Shown: positions 36,195-48,569 of the stretch, piece by piece
Numbering within the stretch: position 1 is the first letter of the stretch
How the letters are laid out: each line of letters opens with the position of its first letter
Source of the DNA: Callorhinchus milii
Taxonomy: Eukaryota
Direction of reading: 5' to 3'
Assembly: GCF_018977255.1 (NCBI RefSeq)
Contig: NW_024704745.1
Span: 29,760,001-29,824,000 of the forward strand
Length of the DNA stretch: 64,000 nucleotides
Program-made: the position numbers and the translations under genes
Notes under the pieces: model-generated
Seen by the model: the letters and a program-made list of their open reading frames with translations, nothing else
Told to the model about the DNA's origin: nothing
Database searches by the model: none

Positions 36195-37707
36195 AACATA
36201 CTACATGTCATAGTACATTTATGAGACACTGTGCACTAATTGCTTGTAAATGTAAATGCTGACGGTGACCAGGTCATGAATTTCCTAGTACGAAATGCAC
36301 CAGGAGATGCAGATTAGACTAATATAAAAGCTGCTCTCTTTGTTCAAAGCACTTACAGGGTGGCAGTGCAAATGATGAAGCTGAGAAGATGGTTGAGACC
36401 TATAATGAGATCTGAAGGGACTGATGGAGAGGTGCTTTAATCCACAAGTTTGTACCTTTATAATTTTTTTAAATATGTGGTAAAATGAGTCAGATCACTC
36501 TATTCAGCACACAGTTAGATCTTGGATAATTTAAAGCTAATTGGATGTCTGATAAAAAATGTATCTGAGTGGTTTTGCTGCTAATTTGATACTTTTTTTA
36601 GAGATTATCATAAAAATAAGAATTAGATTTAGTTTATTAAACATTCCTTTCTCTCAATTCTTTTAATCTCTTTGTAAAAGTAACTAACCATAGGAATATG
36701 GGTCTGCATCTAAGCGCAAGGTAACAATCACCTATGTAAATGTTTAAAAGAGAGATGTACAGATACTTGGTTGTAGAGGTGTAAAGGGGTATGGCAAAAG
36801 GGCCTTTGGGATTAAAAGACCTTCCTGAACCGTTTCAGCTTCGACACAACAAGAACACAATATTCTTTAGCCATGCTGCATCCTTCAGCCATTGAAAATA
36901 AGATATATTATTTATCCATGCAAATAACCTTCTTCTTGTTACTGTTACTTAACTCCAATCATTTCCTTGAGTTCTGTGAATTTTTGTAATGTGAATATAT
37001 TATCTGACATTATCTGTTTTGCAGTGGTACAGAGTAATCATTTTCTTAGTAACTGCAGATTAAAGCTCTAAATAATACAAATCACATGCTGCTTTCAAGA
37101 TCTCCCAAAGTGCCCTTCAGCTCATCTGATTCTGATACAATATTAGAGTGACAAAGTGTGAAGCCGCAGACTTGCTTGTACCTCTAGCTTTTTTTACTCT
37201 TTCATAAATAATAATTTTGCATGGATGTTTAATACAGTTTTGCATGGAACTTAGATAATTCCATAAGGAGTGGGAATTAAAATAAATCGGTGCACTGCAT
37301 GTTAACTTAGAAATTCAGTGGCCAAGAAACTAATTTGCACATACTTGGTAATTAAACAACACTGGAATCCATTGGTCTGCCTCACAGATTCGGACATTGG
37401 ATGAGTGGTTAGCAGAATACTTGTTTAACTCTATATATTAAAAAAGGGTGAAGTTGACATGCCACTAACTGGTAGTGCAATTCCACACTTCATGGTCAGG
37501 CAGTCCAATAAATGCTGCTGCTGACTTATGGCTAAACAACTGTGACATGGTTGGGAGAAGAATTACATGTGTGGACTAGTCAATATCTTTAGTTATCTAC
37601 TGACTGCATCTTTGAATGATACATTTATCACAGGCTACAATTTTAACCCCCAAATATTTTCAATGTATCTCATGTGCTTTCATTAGCTGTAGTTCATGCT
37701 GAACACT

Positions 37708-37820
37708 AATAATAATAATTCTTGCATTTGATATAGCGCCTTATCACATCTTCGAGAATTCTCAAAGCGCTTCACAGAATATACTGTAAAGTGAATTTAC
37801 TGTATATGTTGTGGGCAAAA
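37708..37820 (-). mobile_element. SINE 3' fragment
   Basis: (TAA)n-TTCTTGCATTTGATATAGCGCC...GTGGGCAAAA. Confidence 0.85.
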
Positions 37821-38519
37821 CAATTAGTGCAATGAGGTGAGGTGGGGTGGGGGGGGGGGGGTGGTCCAAGGATCAGACTAGATATTTATCAATAATCATG
37901 TTTATTTTCGAATCATAAAACCCATTATAAAATAATCACATTCCTAACTATAAATCTGTAATTTTGTCCTGATTTATAGATTCACATGTTGAAGCACTGC
38001 TTTTAAATGATGATCCTGCAAATGGCTTGAAACACACAATGTGGTGCTATTAACCATCCACTGGTCTACACAGAAAGAAAACCATGTCCAGAAACAAATA
38101 TCTGCTTTCCAAATAATATCCTTCACCAATTGAACATGTCCGGAAGCATCTATATTAGCCCATCATCTTCCAAATTATATCTTGTTCATCTTTTTACGAA
38201 CAATAGCTGTTTATTTATTAATAGATTCTCATAGAATGTTTTGTTAAAGGTCACAAATCTCACACAGCAGAAACGCACGTTTTATGTAACTTTTAGTGAT
38301 AACTTACTCTTTAAAGATTTAATATTTTCTCAATTAATTTATGCCTTGCTTAAGAGAAACTCCAATATGTATAATTTTATGTTAATACAGTAATATTGAT
38401 TGCAATCCTGGTACTGTTTTGGAATCCCAGGATTTTAATGCCCAAATCCTGGGATCCCGAATCTTACCTCATTCAGGATGTCTGCAGTCATTGTCTGCAC
38501 CAGCACGGTGAGGGAAAGA

Positions 38520-38745
38520 AAGCATCCCTCCCCGGCCCCACCTCTCCCCCTGCCTTGCCTCCTTCAAGACCCATCTCAAGACCCTCATCTTCGACCTGCC
38601 TTCAGTCACCCTCCTACCCCTACCCTCCCCACCCTCCACCCCTCCTGATCCCAACCACCAGCTCAGGTGTGGATCCCTGACTGTCCAGCGCCTTGGACGT
38701 CCTCCTAATGTGAAAGGTGCTATATTAATGTAATTTGTTGTTGTT
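38520..38745 (+). mobile_element. L2 3' end
   Basis: CCTTCAAGACCCATCTCAAGACCCTCATCTTCGAC, a C-rich UTR, GCGCCTTGGACGTCCTCC and (TTG)n. Confidence 0.88.
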
Positions 38746-41182
38746 GGTAAGGGAGCCAGGGAGGTTTAAACACCCGCCTGTCTGCTCCTGCTGGCTCACC
38801 CTGTGGAGCCAGTTTCCAGTGGAGTGGGAAAACCCGCCTTCCCCTTTTGCCCGGGCTAGGACATTATACACTCCCGAAATACCCAGATACACTTCAATGA
38901 ATGTTCTTGTACAATAGAAGTAAACAGTTTGAGGAAAAGTAAATTTGCAAAAATAAGAGATACAGAACAGATTACTTAAAATGCTACCTTCCTTTAATAT
39001 CATTGTGCTTGTCAAACGATAGGGAGATTTGAGATGTTCTGCTTAGATATGTAGACAAAATAACTTGCAAACTGCCTCCCCATTCCTCACACCAGGACAG
39101 GAAGCTATACTATTCCTAATAACAGGGTAGAACAGGTATCGATGAAGGAGAGATTCTGTCCCCCATCTAAAACACATTTTTCTGTGAATCAAAGCAGAAA
39201 TAATTTTCATTTTGTGAAGCATTTGGAGACATTCATTCATACTATGTGAAAGGTGAGTGCAAGTTATTGTTGATGCTCAAAAAGTCATTCTGCTGCATGC
39301 TCCACAATAGCCATTATCCCCAAATGAAAGGATATACTTATTCACAGTGACTTCTTTTAAGCATTGATACAATTTCATGCTCCTATTGGTTTTGATTGCT
39401 AGAATAAGGACTAAAACACCAAACAAAATTCCAGTTGGGTATAGTTTTACTATAGTTCTATAGCATTTTAAAGTGTCTGGAATTTGTCAAATTCTTAAAA
39501 ACAGCCTTAATTGTAAAACAAATAGTCTGTTAGTTATCTTAAGAAAATCTAGACCCGAGTGGAATTGTTGCTCATCCTGATATGTAATTTTACTTCAGAA
39601 CCAATTCAGAACAATCGGTGCCAAAAATAATTGAACATGATATTTCTGAAGCCTTCTTAAATCACAAGATATTAAAATGTCAAGCAGAGGCAGAGTTTGA
39701 TATATTCTATTGGAAACATAAGAATGTGGTAACTCAGATGTAAGGAATTTGGGGCTGTTCTGACATTTTTTCTGAAACTGGCAGCTCTTTATATTTTTAA
39801 TCCTGTTAGTATATAAAACTATAGAATAGAATATCAATGGGGTGTGGAAAATAAAGCTCAATAAACAAGTACAACCTGATAATAAAGATATGAACTATAA
39901 CACATGTGATAGTTGCTGGCAAAGAAGGAGGGAAGGCAGGAAGGAAGAAATCCTTTATGTCTTCTTCTTGGAGGATAGATGGGCAGTTAAGACAAAGAAA
40001 ATCAATGTTACTTGATCAGAAGGATTTTGAATCACAATCATCTCTTAACACAAGCTTACCAGTAGCTGTGATATTCACTGTTGGCCTCATCTTCTGCTCT
40101 TTTCAATCCTCAGCTGGGGATTTCTCTGGCATCATCTGTAGGTACATTAGGGAAGTTACTGATACCTTCACCCAGCATGCTGGTTGCTATGATATCTTCT
40201 GCAGTAACTAGGCACCCAGAGCAAATGCAACAAGTTGTTTTATGTCTTTGCTACTTTCCCTAGGGCTTGAGGAAACATGTTTGTTTTCTTTGCAAAAATA
40301 AATTCACTGCTCATACAAAGTTGGAAATCACATTGGAACACACATTTGGTAATAGATGAAGCTACTGCAGGCTAGTAATTTCTTTCCATCCAGCAATATA
40401 AAAGGGCATCACCAACAGTTACCTTGCGGTCACAAAGCCCATAGCAAAACACATGGAAATTGCTCTTCTTTGCTCGTTTACCATTGCATTTAGGGCAAAT
40501 GGTCCAGATTTATCCATGCATAGCTTTTGTTGTCATTGTTTCTATGTTCTATTTTTATTTGTGTACACATCAGGATGAGAACAAGGTATGCACTGTCCAG
40601 TAGGCCATAGATGCAGAATTAATTGGTGCTTAAAGGGGAGACTGAAAGAGACACTTCATGAGGGTTTTAAAGGATATCGACAAGTGAAGAAATGGCATTA
40701 AAATATAAACAGTTGTCATGTTGGAGCAAGCATTCCTTACTCTTCCTACTCAATTCACCAGATAATCACTTACATGATTTTTTTTTAACTTTCTCTGTCT
40801 TTTTTTAAATGTTAACTTCTAACATTTTTACCCTGTACTATTGCATTCCAGCAACATTTGCAAGTGATAATGCTGACTTTATCAGTATTATCAAGTGACT
40901 TTCTTGTTGATGTATAAATACAAGTTGTTATTGTTTCTACCAACAACAAACATGTCTCTAAAGGCAGGCCAAGTCATTCAAGCCAATGAAAAATCCTGAG
41001 TGTCAAGACTGAGAGGACAACTTTACAGGCATTAATGCTTGATTCAACAAACATATTAGAACCAAGAATTGGAAGGTGTGAATCAGCAATGTGGCCAGTG
41101 TCCTCACAGACAGGAAGGGCATGGGTGGCTGAAACTCTCCACATGCTTTTGGATGTTTTGATACCAGGTTGCATTCTCCAAT

Positions 41183-41501
41183 GTGGAGTCCTGTAGCTCA
41201 GTGGTTAGAGCACTTGCCTTCCAAGCGAGACACCTGGGTTCAATTCCAGGCAGGGTGAAACCTTGGGCAAGTTTCCTTACCCCACACGGCTAATAATAAT
41301 CCCTCCAAAACAAAACAATAATAAATTGGTCATTTTCAATCCACGACTGTTTGTGGGACACTGCTGTGCGCAATTGGCTGTCTTGTTTCACCCACAAATA
41401 TACAGTCAATTCACTTTACAGTCTATTCTGTGAAGCTCTTTGAGATGTCGAGAAGACGTGAAAAGCGCTATATCAAATTCAAGGATTATTATTATTATTA
41501 T
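41183..41501 (+). mobile_element. Full-length tRNA-derived SINE
   Basis: GTGGAGTCCTGTAGCTCAGTGGTTAGAGC...GGGTTCAATTCC (Pol III A/B boxes), DeuSINE-like body, L2-like stem-loop tail and (TTA)n. Confidence 0.95.
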
Positions 41502-44500
41502 AATGTTAAACTTAGTTATAAAAGCTGCAATTTAGCCAATTATAAAGAAGCAAATCCCATTAACGTCAGTGAGTCTATGCTATCATTTTCTGCTATTTCA
41601 AAAAATCCTTATGTAACTAGTGCAATAAGTCATACTCGGACAAGGTTTTATTACTGCTGAGAGATTTAAATCAGCAATTTACTTGCTTGATTTTTTTTAA
41701 TGCTGGAATTAATTTGAAAAAAAAAGTTTTTAAAACTTACATTATAATAATGAATAGGAAAAAATTGGCGGAAATGTAGCATTAATGGAGGGAGTTCAGC
41801 AATCCACTTGCCGTTCCTTACAATCATCAATCTGGTCGAATGACCCTTCACTTGAACTCTTCATACGGTTCAATTCTTGGGCCTTTATCAGCCATAAAAA
41901 GAACTGATGAAGACCCACAGTCCAGAGACTGTCCTTTAGAGGAATCAAAGAGCTGTAGATGAATCAGTATGAACCTAGGATAGTTACATCTCAAAAGTGT
42001 GGTGAACCCATGTACCGGGTTTTTCAGCAGATTGACCAGAGAATAAACTACACCAAGGACCATACCCAGCAAAGCATAATTATGCACATTTGTCCAACAG
42101 TGTGGCATTAACATCTTGTACTGTCTTACGACGCAGTAAAATGTGCTCCTCAAGGATGTTGAGCGTATGTGGTGAAAGTGTTGAAATGATCTGGAATTTT
42201 CAATTTGGACAATGAGCCTCCTGATATTAAGCAATATTCCCTCCTGCTTGTGTGGCACAAACCAGAAATGTCCCTGTGGAGTATTCTGCTGCATGTGTGC
42301 CATCCTCCTATTACACAGCAACGTAATCACCAATGTAGCATCTCAGATTTCATAGCTGGGATATATGTCTCCTTGTTACACATGCTGTGCTTTGTATTGT
42401 CTTTCAGCCTCCTCCTCTGGAAAATGAAGTCAACTTGTAAGACAAATCTATGAAACCATAAAAAAACTTTTCTCAGTAACATTTAGACTGTATATGAACT
42501 CTGTGTTTTTATAATATTAAATTGGACAAGAGGTCAGCAAACAGCTGACTATCTATTGCACAGCAAATTGTTGTAGACCCACGACATTATACCTCAGGAT
42601 TTGCAACACTTTACTAAATATTGTTTGCTATTCATATTATGAAATCATTTATTGACATTAATAAGCTATGCTAATATTATTCATTTCTATCCCAAAATAA
42701 AAAAAACACAAAATTTATATCACTTGCCAGGCTCAGCAGCAGACTTTGATGATGAGGAAGATTAAGCTTTGAAAAATGTGTTTTAGGTGCTCCGGAGCTT
42801 TTCAATACTTTTTATATTATACAGTATTTTAACTCTTATAATGCTTTAATCTTTTTGAATAATTCTGGTTTCTGGTAACTTTGCAAAGTTATTCAATTTG
42901 GTATTCTCATTTTTTTATTAACAATGATAATTCTGATTTTTGATAGGCTGCTAAGGAATTCTCTTGCTGTGATGTCTCAGTATAGTGCTTTGAGATGTAG
43001 TGGTGCAAGCTGTTGGTCGTGATCCTAGTACTATTAGCGTCTATTTGTGAGTTGGATTTACAATAACAACTTGCATTTATATAGCGCCCCTCACTCAGGT
43101 TAGAATCCCAGGGTAGTAACTCATATTATTAAATTTGAGTTGGGTTAACGATGTATAACCGTATCTGGTTGTCCTTAATTATATTATAATAATCCTAACA
43201 CTTGATACAACACCTTTTATATTGGGAGGATACTTCAATGTATTTCACAGGATTCACTGTAAAGTGCAGTGATTGTGTACCCAAAGGAATATGGAATGTC
43301 TCAGAATCCTTGGTTCTTGATACATAAACAAGAAGCAGATGTAATTCTTTCTGTGTACATTTGTTTGGACATGGACCTGAAAATTAGTTCCTGCTCTCAA
43401 AGTTCCAAAGAGCACAGGTTTACATTTCTGTAATCTGTAACTCGAATAATCACAACTAACATTTAGCTGGCTAGTTTGCTATCTACTCGTAGTAAGATGA
43501 AGCACAATGAAACTGAACCTAAGTTTAGAAGAAATAGTATGTAACTCTATTGCCACTTGATGGGGCAGGCAGACATGAAACTTTCAGAACAACTGAAGTT
43601 AAATAAATTGCAATGCAGAGCAACCTGGCGCTCCTTAGGAGGTCAATATATTCAGTCTGAAAGTACACCTGTGTCAGTGCAGATCTTACTTGTGGCATCA
43701 CATCTCAAAGGCTCATATGCTTGACCTATGGTAGCAGGAATGCAGCACTGGCTGTAATCTCTTGTAAACCATTGCATCTATATTCAATCTGCTGATAGCA
43801 TCTATATCTACTTCAAGGTTCCACTCTATGTTCAAATGTCAGTCATTTTGTGAAGCAGCACTAAAGCATTGTACTCTGTGATTACAACAATGGTGCCACA
43901 CTTTGCTGTTGTTAAAAACAGAAATGGCAGTGATTAAATTTATTGAGTGAGCTTTAGACCCAACTATTGTGCCAAATTCAGGGTTATGCCAATCCAGTGA
44001 CACAATTGACTGCTTTTGATGGCAAATTTGTGCAATGGTGACACATTTTTTGTTCCAGCTAACAGTCCCTGTTCCATTTTGAAGCATCATAGTTATTACA
44101 TTCTCTAATGATGCCATCAGCTGGATTCGCAGCTGATGTAGTTCATCTGCCATTCATTTTTCTGTTCCTTGTAATCTGGCTTGGGCAAAATTTCATCCAT
44201 TCAAATGTGTGCTAAATTAACAGGAAATGTACAATTTTAGATGTAATTGTGCCATGATAAGCCCTAATTTCAGGGAGAGAGGATAACATTTGTATGGGCC
44301 TCATTTGCAGTATTTTGTAACCGGATTCTTTAACAAGGAATCCTGTTACAATGCCTATTGACCTTCAAAAACTCTGCTCCAGAATAGGAGCAGACTGTCT
44401 ATAAGTTGGTTTGAAATACCACAAGAATCCATTTGTAAATCTCAGATTCCTTAATATAGAATATCATTGTGAATCATTTTAATTTTAAAAAATAATACCA

Positions 44501-46024
44501 CTATATATCATTTACATATTAGCGTTTGTAGAATTGGAAGTACAATGGTATTAGAGAGGAGCAGCTGCAATGGAGATGTTGGGTCTAGCTGTTGTTAGGC
44601 AACTTTTCATTATGTGCTTAAACCCGGATTTCCTATTTTAAGCACATAATTAAAAGTTTGCTGGGTTCAGTGAACATCCCCTGTGTTGCCCTCTGCCTAG
44701 CAATAGTGAAGTGATTGACTGCAGGTTGTGCCATCATTTCTGTGTAGAGCATTTCGTTATTGAGATTGATTGCATTTGCCACTTTGAAATGACTGTTGAA
44801 AAGGGATTCATGTTGGTGTGACAGGGGAAATTCAATTTGTATTTATTTTTAATATTTTAACAGGCATTTATCTTTTACCTGATATAGTGAAAAACAAAAC
44901 CTGCTTTTCTTTCACAACCCCTTTTATTTGTTGCATTTTCAGGATAGCTTTGTGATTATTGCGTAACCTGATGAACTGACCTTTCAGTTGATGAGAGAGT
45001 GCAGAGAAAATATATGTTTTGAAGAATGGTAGCGTCTACTGAGAACCCTCAAAGATACCTACAATTTATGTTATGGAAGAATACTTTCTGCTTCACTTAA
45101 CAACTTTTTCTCAAAGGATAGCTCATGCAAAATTCATTGAGTACTGCATAGAAATAGATCGGAACCACAGACTAGCAGTGTCTGCGGTAGATTATGTCAG
45201 TGACACTGATAAAGGTACAGCTTCAAGGGACATGCAATAATTGATGGGTTTTGAGATGAAGTGCCCTTCTGGAGCTGTCATTTTTCATATCAGAAATCCA
45301 ATACAACTTTGATCACTTTTATTAGAGCATGCACACAGACAGAACGGATAACTATGAATTACCTGTGACCTTCGGATACACATGCAGAACGCAGACATCA
45401 TTACATGTGACATCAGGCTGACACGGTAGTTATTGGGAATAGAACACAAGGAGAAAGCGAGGCTTGAATAATGCAAGAAACAGAGCAGGCCTGTGGGTTA
45501 TCATTTGTGACAATGTTTGGCCATGATAAGTTGTCTTGTCATGGTCAGTTCACCCATCCTCTCCCATGACAAATCTTTGGGGATAGGATAAAATCCTCCT
45601 GACATTTTTATTCAGTACATATTGAAACTGAATAACTGCTCAGCACAGTGGAAACCCATACTTAGTTCTTTTCTTCTTGAATGCATTTGACATGTCTGAC
45701 ATGTTTCACCTGAAAGTCCAGCAAATTACAATTAATGTTGTTCTTTATTTCACCAGCAGGTGAAGGTAGAGTTCAGAAACGTGTTTGCTGTTGAATACTG
45801 CATTGAGGAGTTATGAAGGGAAAAGCTAGCATAATACTACACAGAGAAAGACTCAGAAAGAAACATAGTCAAAATTTATGCTCTTAAATTTTGGACATTC
45901 AACTATGTTGGCATGTTCTTCCGTACGTCTAATCAACGCTAGTTTTTGGTTTTTTTTTGATCAGCAAAAGTCTGACATGTCGCAAACCCATCATCCATAA
46001 TGAAACTGAGGTGAAAATTGCAAA

Positions 46025-46482
46025 GTTTCGGATTGAAGTAACCAATTTTATTATTGTTTTTTTTTCTTGAGGGATTATTATCAAGCTTGCAGAGTAAGGA
46101 AGCTTGCCCAAGGTTTCACCTGCCGGGAATCGAATCCAGATCTCTCGTTTGCGAGCCGAGTGCTCTAACCACTGAGCTACAGGACTCAGTGGTTAGAGCA
46201 AAACATTGGGCACGTTTCCTAACTTCACTCGCTTCTGTTTATCTAGCAGTAAATAGGAACCTGGTTGTTAGTTGATTGGCAGATCGCTTTTCCGGGGGTA
46301 ATTATCCCTTAAATAATTTGGTCGGTCACTCAATCCAAGACTGTTTGTGGAACACTGCTGTGTGCAATTGGCATTTCGCTCACAAAATATGCAGTCAATT
46401 CACTTTACAGTATATTTTGTGAAGTGCTTTGAGACATCTCGAAGACGTGATAAGGTCCTATATCAAATGCAAGGATTATTAT
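46025..46482. mobile_element. Head-to-head fused SINE pair (minus 46025-46186; plus 46185-46482)
   Basis: A minus short-variant head abuts a plus long-variant copy, with a perfect 16-bp inverted repeat at the junction. Confidence 0.88.
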
Positions 46483-46664
46483 AATACCTTCCTTTTGTTA
46501 ATTTACACAAGAAACGCATTATAATATATATCACATATGTGTTTTTTTATTAAAACTTTAATGTTATGTTGATGGATTGAGAATTGTGAGTCTTTTAAAA
46601 CATATATTGGTATTCAGATATTAATGAATTAAAAAAAATACATTTGTAATAATCATTAGCATGT

Positions 46665-47062
46665 TTACACTGGAGAAGAAAAGGTTGAGGGGTGATATGC
46701 TTACAGTCTTTAAGATTCTGAAGGGAATAGATTATGTAGACCATGATAACTTGTTTTATCTTGTACTGAACAGTAGAACTAGAGGACATGGCTTGCGATT
46801 GAAGGGGGGTAAATTCAGAACCGAAACACTACTTCAGTGAGCAAGTTGTAAACATATGGGACAGGTTCTCTAGGGAGACAGTGGAAGGAGAAACTGTTGT
46901 TTGTTTCAAGAACAAAGTAGATGTCCGCAAAAAAAAACATAATATCTCGGGATACAGTATATAGTTTGGGACACAAAATGTCAAGCGACTGAGAGGATGG
47001 TGGAAGGTGAACTAGATGGACCTTGGTCTTCTTTCGCCGAGCAAATTCTTATGTTCTTATGT
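46665..47062 (+). mobile_element. CR1 3' fragment
   Basis: FTLEKKRLRGDMLTVFKILKGIDYVD...RTRGHGLRLKGGKFRT-like coding stretch and (TTCTTATG)n tail. Confidence 0.92.
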
Positions 47063-48569
47063 TTTTAGCATACTAATTTTTTCATTCAAAATCAATTTTA
47101 ATCTATTTTTTTTTATTGAGCAATAACTTTTTTGTATCAGTAACCTAGCACCTTTTTTAAAAACATAATCGTTTTTTTATTATATTTAATTATGTTTTTA
47201 TCTCTGTAGATTTAATTGTTCAAGAGAAACCTTCACCCTGTTCCCCCATCCGCTTTCCCCTCAAATGGCCAAAGCCACTGAGATTGAACAGGAATGGATG
47301 AGGTACCAGAAACTGAAACAAGCACTGGACGGAAATGTTTATGGCCATGGGACTAATGCAGTTAGATCTGTCTCCAAAATTGTTGACTGTTACATCTTGC
47401 AACCTGAATGGACACAGCTGGTTACACAGTAAATGAAGCAGAATGTCTGTATCCAGCTACAGATGACTTGAGCAGCTGGAAGCTCATGCTGTGAATTTGC
47501 TGGAATATTTTGTTACAGAATGTTCAAAGCCTCTTATGAGGATCAACTTAATGACAACGAAATATATCTCCTTCATTCAATTGTTTTTTTTACTTAATCA
47601 TCAGTACATCATGATTATACCTTATGGAATAGATGCAAAAGTGTCCTGTATCAATATAGGAAGTAGTCCCAGATTCATAGTCATCAGAAAGCTTATCTTG
47701 AATATAGAGCTATTCAATAGCCCATAAATAAAGCAAAGGGACAGAATTTAATCAGCGCATATTAAGATGCAAAGGCATTGATTTCTTCAATTAAACTTCT
47801 CAGGCGGGAAGTGGAACAGTTGAAACATGCAAAACAACAAATCATGTAGAGTATGCAGGTGAAAATTACTTCAAATATATTTAAATATTGATTGAATGTT
47901 GATTGAATCCCCCTGTCCAGATGATTTGTAGTCCTTCTTATCTAAAGAGGATATTGAATGTTGACCACTGCTGGGTATGGTCTGAGTCTGTGATCTCTTG
48001 TGATAATGTTTGAAAAGGTAGAGAACTGTGAAAAATAGCTGCCAGATTCAGAGATTTATTAATCTTGCAGGCATATCTGCCCCACAGAGTGATTTTCTCC
48101 ATTTCCTTAACCAACAAGGAAGATCATGTGTTCCATTACCTTAGCCAAATTCATGAGATGCTGTACTTTCTGTCCCTGCTTAATTGCTCTCTCTGATGAA
48201 TTGTCATCTCTGATGAACATTAGATGTTAAAACTTTCCACCAAAACTGTAATCATAGGTTGGATGTTATTTGCAATAGTAAGCTCATTTTTGCTTAGTTC
48301 CACAAACTTAATTGCCAGCATATCTTCCAAAGTTAGTCATTCCTAGGAACCTGGTTCAGATCCTGTGACCTTGAGTAAGTGCTTAATATTTTGTGATTAT
48401 CCCTTGAAGCCCCATCCATCATCCATTTATCTGTTTCTGTTCTGTTCCCGAGACCTTATGTTTCTGATACAGAATCATTTCAATTAGTTGTTATCTCTTC
48501 CCATAATAAATGTGCCTTTCTTTCCCTTGGATATTATTTTGGTAGCAAAGATTTTCATTGAATGCTCCA

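Noticed and set aside
37835-37866. G-run / potential G-quadruplex
   Set aside because: A simple homopolymer-rich tract with no contextual support.
40060-40135. Minus-strand exon-like segment (CAG| ... |GTAAGC)
   Set aside because: Stop codons occur in all three frames; it could only be non-coding and has no other support.
41848-42333. 161-aa minus ORF and a CTGATGA motif at about 41904
   Set aside because: No recognisable domain; the CTGATGA lacks a GAAA box and helix I, so it is not a credible hammerhead.
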